The notes under the pieces were generated by a model. It was not told the DNA's origin, did no database searches, and saw only the letters and a list, made by a program, of their open reading frames with translations. From Octopus sinensis (lineage: Eukaryota), in contig NW_021836260.1 in NCBI RefSeq assembly GCF_006345805.1, forward strand, positions 1-24,863: a stretch of DNA of 24,863 nucleotides, given 5' to 3'. A program made the translations under genes and the position numbers. Positions 1 through 11,626 of the stretch are shown piece after piece (positions within the stretch are counted from its first letter, which is position 1; the number at the start of each line of letters is the position of its first letter).

Positions 1-13
1 TACATATACATAT

Positions 14-1830
14 TCAATTCATTCAATTCTTTTTTAAATTCACTTTTTATTGGCTCAAAAACCAAAAAGCAAGGCCATGTAGAGGACAGGGAGTTATGTA
101 CAGAGAGGGTGGTCATACAAAGAGTTCAGACCATTTCTGGTCAAGAGAGACTTTGAACCGAGCGGTCGTCGACATCTTCACTATCTCGTCCAGCAGCTTA
201 TTCCACGGACCCGCAACCCGGACGGAGAAAGCCCCTCTCCTTCGATTGAGATGAAATTGTCGTAGATAGAGCTTTTCGGAGTGACCCCGCAGCCGACGCT
301 CTGGAGCAGGAGTAAAGAACAGCTCTTTCGAGAGGTTACACGTTCCGCTTATGATGTTGTGAGCAAGAATGAGATCACCACGGCGTCGTCGTTTTTCTAG
401 AGAATAAAGGTCGAGCGTCTTCAGCCTTTCTTCATAAGACAAATGCTTAAGACCAAGAACCATGCGGGTAGCCAGCTTCTGGACTCTTTCGAGATGATGT
501 ATGTCTTTGAGGAGATAAGGAGAAGAGGCTTGAATCCCGTACTCCAATATGGGTCTCACCGGCGTGACGTAGAGCGGTAGGAATATGGCTGCTGTGAGCA
601 TTCAGAATGACTGTCGAATCAAGAACAGAACTCCGCGTGATTTGGTGGCAGCATGGCCGCACTGGGCCGAAGGCGAAAAGGAGGAATCTACCAAGATACC
701 CAGGTCCTTTACCTGATCGGTCCTCTCCAGCATCAGACGACCCGGCTCGAAATCAAGTTGAGTTGCAGGAGGAGAGCCAACAGGCAGATGACAGCACTTT
801 GACACGTTCAGACACAGGTCTCGTTTGTTTGACCATCTCCGAATTTGGTGGAGGCATCGACGAAGATCCTCTATATCACTGCGAGGAGCAACCAGTTTCA
901 CATCGTCGGCAAATAGAAGGGTGTGTTGCGTAAGGTCGTCGGGCAAGTCATTGATGAAGACTAAAAACAATAACGGCCCAAGCACTGAACCTTGAGACAC
1001 GCCACTGCTCGCACTGGAGACGTCGGACAGCGAACCATTAACTTGGACTTGTAGGAGCGATCTGAGAGGAAGGCACCAACCCATCGTACAATATCCGGAT
1101 GGAAACTATATGCTTGAAGCTTGACAAGTAATAGGCGGTGGTTAACCGAGTCAAAAGCTTTGGCAAAGTCCAATAAAACGATGTCAACAGCATCACCATC
1201 ATCCAGGATACGCGCCACCAATTCCTCCATTACCAGTAAGTTGGTCAAGCATGATCTCTTCAGCACGAAGCCGTGTTGGGAATCAGAGATAGAGGCTGTG
1301 TTTTGGAGGTAGAGCAACATACTTTTCTTAAGGATGGTTTCGAACATCTTGCTGAATATTGAAGTAAGGGAAACCGGTCGGCAGTTAAGCGGGTCTTCGC
1401 GGCTCCCTTTCTTGAAAATAGGGCAGATTATCGCTGTTCTCCAGTCCGCAGGTACAACACCCGTCACCAATGACATATTGAATAGAAGTGTTAAAGGTTG
1501 GCAGATGACCGGAGCTAACGCTTTGATAACCTGTGGGTGTATGCCATCAGGGCCGTGACCCTTGTTGACATCGAGGCCTTGAATAACGCGTTCGACTTCG
1601 TCACAATTGATGACCCATCTAGTCATTGGAGGTACCGATCTATCAAATGGAGGGGATTCACGACCATCATCTTGCTTGAAAATTGTCGAAAAAGCCTCAG
1701 TAAATAATTAACTCTGCTGATAAGGGTCCTCAATCGATACGCCTGTTGAGTCTACCAAAGATGCAATTTGGTTGTTCAAGCGGGAAGTCCGTTGGACATG
1801 AGCAAAGAAGGTTTTTGCATTACTAACTAG
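14..1830 (-). mobile_element. 5'-truncated CR1-group non-LTR retrotransposon (LINE): RT domain, thumb/C-terminus and 3' UTR
   Basis: ORFs 1708-1896, 961-1626, 602-1084 and 113-601 join into one ORF2 with motifs GPDGIHP, WRTAIICPIFKKG, NCRPVSLTS, QHGF, LDFAKAFDSV, GVSQGSVLGPLLF, LFADD, KDLGILVD, RPILEY and RGDLI. The 3' UTR has AATAAA (46-51 on minus) and a short (TTGAA)-type tail at about 14-29. Confidence 0.93.
113..1830 (-). pseudogene. Disrupted LINE ORF2 reverse transcriptase
   Basis: In-frame TAA at 1708-1710, a 1-bp deletion near 1051 (DRSY|QVQVNG) and an in-frame TGA at 602-604. Confidence 0.88.
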
Positions 1831-2399
1831 AACTCCTATTGTACTAATTGGCTTCAAGTTTACAATTCCACAGATGTCAAGTCTAAACTTTTGCACATCC
1901 TTAATTCAATATGGGCCGTACGTAAATTTTCAGTACCATATAAATGTACTAGAAGCATTAACAGTGTAAAACGGGAGATTGCCTTATAAAATCAATGAAA
2001 CACTCAACGTGAATAGATTACATGGAAGAGAGGATAAAAGAAAAATGATGCAACAGAGCATCCAACCGTATCAAGTAAGTGACTAAAACAGGCAGAACTT
2101 AAATTAGAAAAACGCATGGCAAGAAACTGAATAGAAAAAATTGTTCTGGAAGAATGTACATTCGGAAACAGAGGCCTCACTCTTCAATCATACCTCTTCA
2201 TAATCCTCACGTAAATTATTCATTTTTCGCGTGCAGGGGTGTGATTTCGAAGTCTTAGCATGCAGAACAAACAAAACCCTAACCCTAACACCAATCCTAA
2301 AGAATGTTTAGAGATATGCTGGAAATTGTACAGATGAACGCCCAAATGAACCATTTTCAATGCTACAGAGACAACACCTGTTGCATTCACTCCTGCGAT

Positions 2400-3650
2400 G
2401 CTGCGAAGCCAACTGAAGATTATGTGTCACGATGCTTCCCCTTTATTGATCAAATAAGGTGACCACTTAACAACTACCAATTATTGTCCAATCAGTTTCA
2501 TTAGCTGCCCCATCAAATTTATGGTGTTCTGTGACAGAGAAAGATACTTTGAAGAATCTGGATTTCGCATAACCTTATTCCATCCTCACAATTTGGATTT
2601 ATCCCTAATTCTAGCTGCTGTAACCAACTCACAGAATTTCTTCAAGACAATCACCTAAATAACATATTGTGGCTGTTGGGTAGATGTCATTTATCTCGAC
2701 TTCACCAAAGCCTTTAATTCTCTGCCACTCAAACGAATTATGTTGAAGCTGTCTGATTTTTGGGTGAGGATTAATTTACTTAAATCTCTGATGTCGTTCA
2801 TTCTTGCTTAACAAGAAGTAGTCACAGTGCAATGATACTATAGAATCACACCTGAAGATTGGTAGGATCTGTTTTAGTCCATTGTTGTTTCTGGAAATGT
2901 ATTAATTTAATTGATGCCAAACTGAAGCATGTTACTCTACGCTACAGATTATTGCTTCAGTCTCATCTGGACTTTTTGCAGCAAGGTGCTGTCTAAATCA
3001 AGCTAGTTGTAGATAGGTGCACCACTATACATTATGGAAGGTAAACTCAGAACGTACCAATTTCCTACACAACACCCAACTTCAGAAGACTACTGGTGAA
3101 CTGGACCTCGGGCTTAATGTCAAGAAGGACATTTGACGGATGATTCACATTCCTAAAATCATCAAAAAGATCGAAAGTATCTTAGCATCTCTCTGAAAAC
3201 GTTTGTCTGGCACTTTGTCAAGTTGTCTATTTAAAGTTACGTATAGGAAATGGTATGTCCAATCTGGAACACCATCCTGTCTAGAATATTACGTACAACT
3301 AGGCAAATACACTCTGTCACTCACCATAACTTGAATGCATTGTTTCTCTTGGTATCATCTGAGTACATTAAAATTTGGATGTCTAACAGCTGACTCAGTG
3401 GAATCCCACAAGAATATTCACCATCTTCCCAACAACAACTTTGGTAATCGTTTTGAACGCAATTTCTCTAACACCAGCAGACATGCTTATAACAAAGAAA
3501 AAAGCAGTGCAGCACCCATGACTTTCAGAAATAGTTTTCGCTGTTCAGAATTTTTGAAGCATGAAATAAATTGATATCTCATGTTAGCTATCAGGACACT
3601 GCATTCTTCAAAACGTCCATATTTCCTGAAATTCCCTAACACTCTTCCTG
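2400..3650 (+). mobile_element. Old, heavily decayed CR1-group LINE relic
   Basis: Manual translation gives NYCPISFIS (~2480), QFGFIPNSSCCNQLTEFL (~2590), VDVIYLDFTKAFNSLPLKRIMLKL (from 2680), GSVL..PLLFL, LYA.D (~2940), ELDLGLNV (~3100) and ADSVESHKNIHHL (~3390). These are RT and thumb motifs in the correct order, with many stops and indels. Confidence 0.8.
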
Positions 3651-3958
3651 ATGTACCTATGTCGTCTTTCTTTGATATAACACTTTTACTGCTTCCCTCT
3701 TTTCGGGTTGTTTTATTATATGTATCGTGCATCTACTTCTAGCTTCCATTGCTGCCTTTCTTTGACCAATTGCAGTTTTCTGTCCCCTATTTTTCCCCTT
3801 TCCAGTAACTTCAGCTGCGCTCTATAGACATTATATTATTATTACAACATTCACATAAACGATCATTTGTAAAAGTAGAGAAAATCTTCTGAGGCTTGTC
3901 AATTGAAGAAAACAGAACTATATTTATACAGTCCAAAAATCAATATCTATGAACAATA

Positions 3959-4124
3959 GGCGCAGGATTGATGTGTGGTAAGTAGCTTGCTTACCAACCA
4001 CATGGTTCTGGGTTCAGTCACACTGCGTGGAACTTTGAGCAAGTGACTTCTACTATAGCTTCGGACTGACCGATGCTTTTTGAGTGGATTTGGTAGAGGG
4101 AAACTGAAAGAAGCCCGTCGCATA

Positions 4125-4169
<45 letters not shown>

Positions 4170-4350
4170 GTGTCTGTGTTTGTCTCTCCACCATCGCTTA
4201 ACAACCAATGCTGGTGTGTTTACATTCCCGTAATCTAACGTTTCGGCAAATAAGTACTAGGCTTACAAAGAATAAGTTCTGAGGTCCATTTTTTCGACTA
4301 AAGGCCGCAGTATGGCCGCAGTCAAATGACTGAAACAAGTAAAAGAGTAA
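3959..4350 (+). mobile_element. tRNA-derived SINE (octopus-type) with internal (TA)n
   Basis: Head ggcgcagg..tgtgtggtaagtagcttgcttaccaaccacatggttctgggttcagtc (A/B-box-like), body gtggatttggtag..gaaactgaaagaagcccgtcg, tail catggccgcagtcaaatgactgaaacaagtaaaagag. It aligns by eye to the copy at 16003-16426. Confidence 0.85.
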
Positions 4351-4959
4351 TATTTGAATTTCAACAGACAAAGAGAGTTTTGTATATTCACTGAGGGGGA
4401 AATGTGTCTGCTTCTTAAGTAGCTAATACAGAGAGATGTATGTCAAAGAAATTGCCAAATCTTATAAAATACGGGAGTCAAAGGCGACTAAAACACCTAG
4501 TAATGGTATATGTGTTACTTGAATAATATACGTTTCCTGGCAGTTTTTTTTTTCTATGAAGATATGTGGTGATGTTCCATCAGTATTTGCAGAAATATAA
4601 TATATATACACTATTGGTGTGTGTTTGTAGGTTATTTTTCTATGAAATCATTCGTAATATTGACTGATTCAGACTTAGAAGAGTGAGAAAAAGATGTTGG
4701 TAGACAGATAAATTCCACTTAATCCTAAGTAACAGTTTCAAAATGTAATTCATTTACTTCATTATTTAGATCTATATTTTCCTATTGATCACAAATCTTT
4801 AAAATAGGGAACGAAGAGGGGTAGGTTGGGGTGGACTGTGAAGTATAACTGGCAACACTACGAATCATGTGAATGTAATCAAAATCATGTTCTTTCTTTG
4901 ATCTCCTAACAACTGCATATTGTTTTTTGTGTGGCCTTTGACAAAAACACTAGCGACAG

Positions 4960-5178
4960 TGGCCGTTGTGCCAGCTCTGTCTGGCACCTGTGCAGGTGGC
5001 ACGTAAAAAACACCCACTACACTCGCGGAGTGGTTGACGTTAGGAAGGGCATCCAGCCGTAGAAACACTGCCAAATCTAACTGGGCCTGATGAAGCCTTC
5101 CGGCTTCACAGACCCCAGTTAAACCGTCCAACCCATGCTAGCATGGAAAACGGACGCTAAATGATGATGATGATGATG
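4960..5178 (+). mobile_element. Short interspersed element with an RTE-LINE-like 3' end and (GAT)n tail
   Basis: gggcatccagccgtagaaacactgcc...catgctagcatggaaaacggacgctaaa followed by (tga)n. The core recurs at 9804-9888. Confidence 0.6.
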
Positions 5179-5269
5179 TAGAATTAAAACGAAATAAACA
5201 TATAAACATGATTATATACAAAATAGAAAATGTACTGGTTTATCTGTTCCATTGCCAGGAAATACTTAC

Positions 5270-5445
5270 TGTGGTGGTAAAAATGTTTCTAATTTTTTTC
5301 TCAAATTTGGGTCCTTAATGAGGTCCAATGGTGTGTTATTTTTGTTGTTTTTATGGTGAAAGTCAGCTCCCTGGCTGGCGAGATATCTAGCTACCACCAT
5401 GCCAGAGAGCCTTTCTCTCCATTTTCAGATTAGGGCGGTGCAGCA
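5270..5445 (-). CDS. Exon F of Mind bomb-like ankyrin gene (176 nt, phase 0-2), with in-frame TGA at 5425-5427
   Basis: Acceptor tttcattatttgtag and donor GTAAGT. Reads CCTALI*KWRERLSGMVVARYLASQGADFHHKNNKNNTPLDLIKDPNLRKKLETFLPP, which resembles the last ANK repeat of MIB proteins (..VA.FLA.EGAD....N..G.SPLDL). Confidence 0.85.
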
Positions 5446-6059
5446 CTACAAATAATGAAATATAAATGATGACAATATTACACAAATATTCAAAACAAAT
5501 GCCCCTAATTACACAAAAGTTCATCTAAATTTACTCATAGGTTGTTTATCCACCAATTAAAGCAATTACAAAGTATTGAGTTCCTACATAATCTTTAATT
5601 GAGTCCATTTCCCATTTTCATGTTTTTACTTTATTTTCAACACTGAGACACCCTCTAAATATATTGTCATTATATTGAGCAGGACAAACCATATTGATTA
5701 ACATCAAGCTTATTGATAATTAATGAGTAAATATTTACTTGTCAATCACAAATATCACAATATATTCAATAGAAAAATCAAATATAGGAAGAACAAACCA
5801 ACAAGAATCTATCTATATAATTGGCTTGATAAAGGCGACCATGTGGCCATAAGAAAGAGTATTGTATATATAAATATAACACAACATGAGAAGAAAGAAC
5901 ATAAGTTATATCAGAAACAAAAACACCTATAACATAACAAAGTCAATACCACACAAACATAACCAAACATATCAATAATGTTTCCATAATTAAGCAAGAA
6001 GCATCTTTGAATGATGACGGTAAAGTAAAGGAAGCAGGAATTAGTGTCAAGTCAGAAGA

Positions 6060-6262
6060 GTAATGGAGGAGTATTTTTAATCACGGACGAGTGAATTTTG
6101 GAAGAGGCAACTTGCAAGTCTACCAGATAGATGGAAGAGCATTGTAGAAAATGAAGGAGAATATGTTTTAGATTAACAGAAAAAAAGTACTTTGTTTATC
6201 TTAATTTTGAAAAATATAAGAAGTATAAAAAACTGCTTCATTTATGAGATGACAGCAAAAAG
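6060..6262 (+). mobile_element. Tc1/mariner transposon 3' relic (transposase C-terminus and probable TIR)
   Basis: 6066-6176 reads EEYF*SRTSEFWKRQLASLPDRWKSIVENEGEYVLD*, matching the mariner C-terminal pattern F..GI..LP.RW..V....G.Y. A TIR-like aaaaaactgcttcatttatgagatgac follows. Confidence 0.75.
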
Positions 6263-6960
6263 TCCAGTAGTATTGAAGTCCATACTGTTGATGACATCGG
6301 ATAGCCGAATACAGTAAACGGGCTTTAAACAGCATTTTACAAGATATATACTCAAACTCAAAAGTATTACTTGTGTGTGTTTGACTGTGTGTGTGTATGT
6401 GTGTGCCCAAGTACAGAACTTAAATACAGGAAAACTCACTAAGGACCATGCTTTATTGCATTCATTCTCTAGTTTCCTAACATAGAACATTCTTATGACA
6501 TGTCCACAAGAGGTCAGTGGATTCATGTCGTGTACAAGAAGTAGGATAGAGAGCAGTTTCACTCAGAATTCTTCATAGAATGGACTGGATGTATTTACCA
6601 TGGCACCAGCACTATAAAGCTCAGACATCTCTTCTATCCTGCATCATTGTTAATTGAGAATATCTCCTCTATTAAATAGACCACTTCTCCGTCACATTGT
6701 GATGGCTGTGTTTATATGGCCAACAACCGAGATGGGTCACCTCTCGACCGTGGTGAGACGATATCTTTGAGAGTGAAAGGAGATGGAATATTGTTTGTTA
6801 CATAATATCACTCGGGTCATAAGGGGAGACTGGATCACGGAATGGTAATGGAGGATGGGGTTGATAGGGGAGAATTGATACATGACAAGCAAAGTTTGTC
6901 TGTCTGTCTCTCTCTTTCTGACACTCACACAAAGACTCACAAATACACAAATTCACACAG

Positions 6961-6991
<31 letters not shown>

Positions 6992-7013
6992 CGCAAACAA
7001 TCTAAAAACTTAC

Positions 7014-7223
7014 TTCGTTTAGTAAATCCATTGGTGCATCCTCGGAATTAAACACTTCTGTTCTCACGGTAATGTGCAAACAGCTGTTACCTTCACCATC
7101 AACAGCATTTATGTTTGCACCCAGGGCTATTAGTTTGTGTGTCATTCCGAGGTGACCCAGGGAAACGGCTTCAAGCAATGGTGTCATTTCCTTTTTGTTC
7201 TTAATATCGAACTGAACTGAACC
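7014..7223 (-). CDS. Exon E of Mind bomb-like ankyrin gene (210 nt, phase 0-0)
   Basis: Acceptor ttttacttccacaaag and donor GTAAGT at 7013. Reads GSVQFDIKNKKEMTPLLEAVSLGHLGMTHKLIALGANINAVDGEGNSCLHITVRTEVFNSEDAPMDLLNE (ANK consensus). An alternative in-frame start at 7211 is possible. Confidence 0.9.
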
Positions 7224-7639
7224 CTTTGTGGAAGTAAAAATAGAAAATGAAAATTTACATGAAAATCAGGATGGATATCAATGTGTCATTATTGTCTTCT
7301 ATTGTATACTTGATCAAACTGATCATGTACATTTGATGTTTGTCCGAAAAATCAACCTTCGTAAGATCCTCTAGATGTTGCTATGAGAATGTGTTCTAGA
7401 CGGGATAAAGGTGTCCTAAATAGATTGTTTCAGCTTAATCTACCTTCATTCCTAACTATTGTAAGTTTTAGGGGAGCTGAACACGAGTGAACACATGATT
7501 AACAGATCAAGACTAGTAAAGAAGAATTAAAATTTCTAAAGTATACTTTTGATGTTGCTATAATTAATAGGAGGTTCATAAAACTGTTGAGGTGGTTAGT
7601 GTCCACCACCATGAAATTAATGCGCTTGCACACACACAT

Positions 7640-7691
7640 ATGCAGATGCACACTCATATATATATATATATATATAGATATAGATATATAT

Positions 7692-7723
<32 letters not shown>
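7640..7723. repeat. (TA)n/(GA)n compound microsatellite
   Basis: Seen directly. Confidence 0.9.
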
Positions 7724-7728
<5 letters not shown>

Positions 7729-8159
7729 CATTACTGTTGGATATATAAATATATATGATGAATATGTAAAATGAAGTTCAAGAGAAAAATTATTCATCAC
7801 AACAACTGGTTTGACCTATCTTGCATCGATTCCTTGCGGGTGGGAGAGTTCTCGGTGTCACTTGGTATGTTGTTGTTGTCAGTAGGTTCTTGGATTATAG
7901 CATTATAGTCAACAACCTCCTGGCAACAACATGCCAAGCGAAACCGAGAATATTTAGTGAGGTTTCTTCTGTAAAACAAGACACCAGACGGGATGCATCT
8001 GCACCGGAGGATGCAACACATCCGATTATACAGTATCCAACCCACAAGGGTCCGATGCAAAATGGGTCAATGCTCCATTTCCCAATCCCCCATTTGTAAT
8101 AAAACTAAAAAAAACCGTGAAATTCCTGAGGTAGACTAAGTGACAATTATATCATAAAG

Positions 8160-8284
8160 TGTGTGTGTATGTGTGTGTGTGTAGACAGACAGACAGGCAT
8201 ACATACATACATACATACATACATACATACATACATACATACATACATACATACATACAAACATACATACATACATACATACAT
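8160..8284. repeat. (TG)n, (CAGA)n and long (CATA)n microsatellites
   Basis: Seen directly. Explains ORF 8152-8427. Confidence 0.95.
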
Positions 8285-8459
8285 AGAGGAACTGTTGAGG
8301 GAATTAGCTGTCCAGCGGATGTTGACATAAAGTGAAAAATAGAATATCTGGAAATAAACTGAATAATGACATATCTATGTATATATTTGTTTTGTTTATA
8401 GAAAAGATAAATCCGGAGAAGAATCACACTCTAAGATGTAGAGCAGTGTATATTTTAAA

Positions 8460-8972
8460 ACTGGGGAAGGCCGGTTTCCGGGATTACCCTTGGTTTCAGG
8501 TCCAAAAATGATTTAGCTTCATGGCGTATCATTAGACCCCAAAACCTGTTGGCCTAAGACCTCTTCCAAATATGGAGGGTGGAAAAGCCCTTCACCTCAT
8601 ACGCCTAATCACGTCCAATAGCTTTTCCAGCTGCATACGGGTGTATAGTTCGTTGGATGACGTGGGGATGTTATTGCTGGAGTATCCGAGGTCAAATTCT
8701 TTCATATTTATGGGAGATCCGTGGTTTCAGTGAATATGAGGAAACGCTTCAATGGTGAGCTATTTAACAGGAACTACATGGTCACTGGGATAATCTCTTG
8801 CTAGGGAGCTGAAAAGGATCGTTTGCAGAAAACTTAAATCCCTGGCTTTTCTCCTTCCATATTTTGATGAGTTCTTAGGCCAACAAGTTTTGGGGTCTTA
8901 CGATACGGTTCAAAGCTAAACCCTTTATGAATGGGAAACCCAGGGTAATCCCATACCTCCCCCCCCCTAATT
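8460..8972. mobile_element. MITE-like non-autonomous element with ~110-bp imperfect TIRs
   Basis: 8480-8589 (ggattacccttggtttc...gaccccaaaacctgttggcctaagacctcttccaaatatggagggtggaaaagcc) is the reverse complement of 8844-8952. Both outer ends carry G/C runs. No coding capacity seen. Confidence 0.75.
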
Positions 8973-9344
8973 TTTAATATACATTCATACATATGTATAT
9001 GTATATATGTATATATATAATTGTATATGCATGTATGTATACTTACTGCTTCCTTTTTGATATCTTACTAAATCTCCTTCTCTCTTCTATAAAAAACTGT
9101 TTTGTAAATTATTGTGTCTTCCATACATTAATATTTCAAAAATAGAATTCTGTTCTTGTATATGTATATTGCATTGAAGAATAGATGTAAACATGATATT
9201 CTATGAACTGAGGTACTTGTCATGTATACCAGTTTTACTTTGTAAATTGTATGATGGCACTGTATGATTTATAACCTATACAATAATGCAGACATGTAAA
9301 AGAATTTATCATACACAAAAATTTCTGTGATAATTTCTTACTTT

Positions 9345-9347
9345 ATT

Positions 9348-9393
<46 letters not shown>

Positions 9394-9665
9394 AATATAT
9401 ACATATTCCCACGCATAGACACACACACACACACACATATATATGTGCATATATATATGTGTATGTATGTATATATCCATACATATATATCAGCACTGAC
9501 ACACACAGACTTCTTTGTGTGTGTATGTATATATATATATTATTATATTATTATAATATTATATATATATCTATATATATATGTATGTTAATATATATAT
9601 ATATATATATGAGTATTCATCTTGTATGTGAGTACGTTATACTTTTGCGTATGTGTGTGTGTATG
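9345..9665. repeat. Compound (TG)n/(CA)n/(TA)n microsatellite
   Basis: Seen directly. Produces the spurious ORFs at 9309-9779. Confidence 0.95.
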
Positions 9666-9803
9666 TCTTTTTGTCTTGACATCTGTGTGATAGTTGTAAA
9701 TGAGCTCCACTGTTATATAAGAAGGGTCTATTATTTCCAACATTCTTCGGGAACATGTCTAGTTCTTGGCAAATGTTAGCTTCCTTGAAAAGAAGCTGCT
9801 AAT

Positions 9804-9888
9804 GTGGCGATAGGGATAGCATCCAGCTGCGGAAAATCTGCCTCAACAAAATCTATATGAGCCAAGCAAGTACGATGATGATGATGAT
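9804..9888 (+). mobile_element. Fragment of RTE-tail-type short element with (GAT)n tail
   Basis: agcatccagctgcggaaaatctgcc...gatgatgatgatgat is similar to 5047-5178. Confidence 0.5.
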
Positions 9889-10119
9889 CTGTATATAATA
9901 GAAATATTAAAATTACTAAGTCTCTGTTCGAAGGTTTAATAACGGACGCAGTTTGTGTGTCAAGTAGCTAGCTTGAGGCGATGGCTTCATGGAGCTAATC
10001 AGCGACAGCTTTATTCTTATTTTTAAGAATGCCATATTAGTATGGCGATAACTATTAATGATCTGTATATATATATATATATATATATACATAGTTAGAT
10101 AGATAGATAGAAATAGATA

Positions 10120-10500
10120 GGCACACACATCCATATATGGTTGTAGTGTAAGGAACATTTTTCCCAGCCATACACGGTTCCACGTTGAATCCTTCCGCAA
10201 GCAAACTCAGGCAAGTATATTCTACCCTTACCTAGGGCTGAACAAAATCTTTTAAGTGGATTTGGTAAAAGAAAACTGAAAGAAGCTTCATAACAGGTGT
10301 GTGTCTATGTGTGTGTCTATGTGTGTGTCTATGTATGTGTGTGTGAGTGAGTGTGTGTGTGTGTAGTGGTTCAGCAAAGAGGCTGAGAGGATAAGTGATA
10401 TACTTAAAATAATAAAAGTACTGGGATTAATACATTTGACTAAAATTTCAAGGTGATGCCCCAGCATGGCCGCAGTCAAATGCCTAAAACAATTAAAAGA
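10120..10500 (+). mobile_element. Diverged full-length copy of the tRNA-derived SINE
   Basis: Contains gtggatttggtaaaagaaaactgaaagaagc, a central (GT)n and the tail ccagcatggccgcagtcaaatgcctaaaacaattaaaaga. Confidence 0.7.
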
Positions 10501-10773
10501 TATATATATATATATATATGGTAACTGTTATATTTTGGTTCATCTCATAATGACCTTGTTTCATTTGACCATTAAATGTATTATTATCAGTGGTGGTAGC
10601 CAGCTGGACTGTCAACACCGCTAATATCAACATCAACATGATCAATATCAAGGGATTTGTAGTACATGTGCTTGAATCTATCGCCATTATTTTTCTGGTA
10701 CCTTGATAATATTCATATTATACAGATCAATAAAATGCTGGAGAATATATATAATATGTATTTATTAACTAAC

Positions 10774-10810
10774 CTGGTTCAGTAATAGAGACACAACACC
10801 ATTGCGTTGG
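10774..10810 (-). CDS. Micro-exon D of ankyrin gene (37 nt, phase 2-0)
   Basis: Strong polypyrimidine tract ending ctttcag and donor GTTAGT. Reads (G)QRNGVVSLLLNQ, which completes the ANK repeat between exons C and E in frame. Confidence 0.85.
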
Positions 10811-11626
10811 CTGAAAGTAATGGATGAGAAAAGAAAAACATGAAAAAAACAAACATCACACAGCTTGAGATAATAGCTATTAGGTCATTAAAGGAAACAA
10901 ATGTAATTAGGTAACAATAACTTAATTAGAGCAATTATTACGCATATACTCACACGCATGTATATTTATTCAATACACACTTTACACAGTACAACAATGA
11001 TATATACACGCCATTGTAAACCCAGAAATGTACAAAAATGGAAAAATACTGCTAAGAATTCTGACAGCTGATATAAACATGAAATTTATTTTCTTCAAAA
11101 GTAATAAGAAACAAGAACTGGAGAAAAGAAGGAAGACAGTTTATTGAAGGAACCCCTGGGTATTACTGGTACAGATTATATTGACCCCCAGAGTGGTAGT
11201 AAATATTCTGGTAGGATTTGAACATGGAACATAAAAGAGACAAATGTAAATACTGTAAGGGGATGATTCTGTATTTAGCCTAGGGTCGGAGTAAATAGGG
11301 AAACTACAAAGGAGAGAGGGTGAGGAAGAAAGAGAGAGAGAGAGAAAAAGTAGTTCAAGATGGGATGAAAGGAAGAAGAGAGAGGATTTGAACCTGTGAC
11401 GTTGAGGAAATGGAGAACGAGATGAAGTAAAGTGTCCAGTCAGGCAACAACAATAACAATTATGGTGATAAAGTAGACTACAGTGTTATTTCAGTGCGAA
11501 AGAGAGAAGAAAGACAATGACCCCATGGTGGGATTATGACATGAATGACTGAATGAAAAAGTAACAAACATTATTGAAAATATAAAAGAAACAGATTTGG
11601 ATATTCCAGATCCAATGGGGACTTAC

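Noticed and set aside
607-933. Plus-strand 108-aa ORF
   Set aside because: Antisense shadow of the LINE RT.
2276-2300. Telomere-like ccctaaccctaa
   Set aside because: Only two units, too short to call an interstitial telomeric repeat.
3660-3830. Candidate next exon after exon F (tctatag acceptor)
   Set aside because: No RING/Cys pattern or homology, and the phase-2 reading stops after about 35 codons.
6270-6660. Possible I/Jockey-type LINE relic (FPNIEHSYDM resembling FFDIEKAYD)
   Set aside because: A single weak motif with stops; needs a profile search.
7797-8099. Overlapping 87-aa and 92-aa ORFs in a more GC-rich island
   Set aside because: No recognisable domain and no phase-compatible fit between exons D and E. 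May be an unrecognised repeat.
11160-11260. Remnant of a second SINE family (tattgacccc..ggatttgaac)
   Set aside because: Too decayed, with no second copy in the window for comparison.
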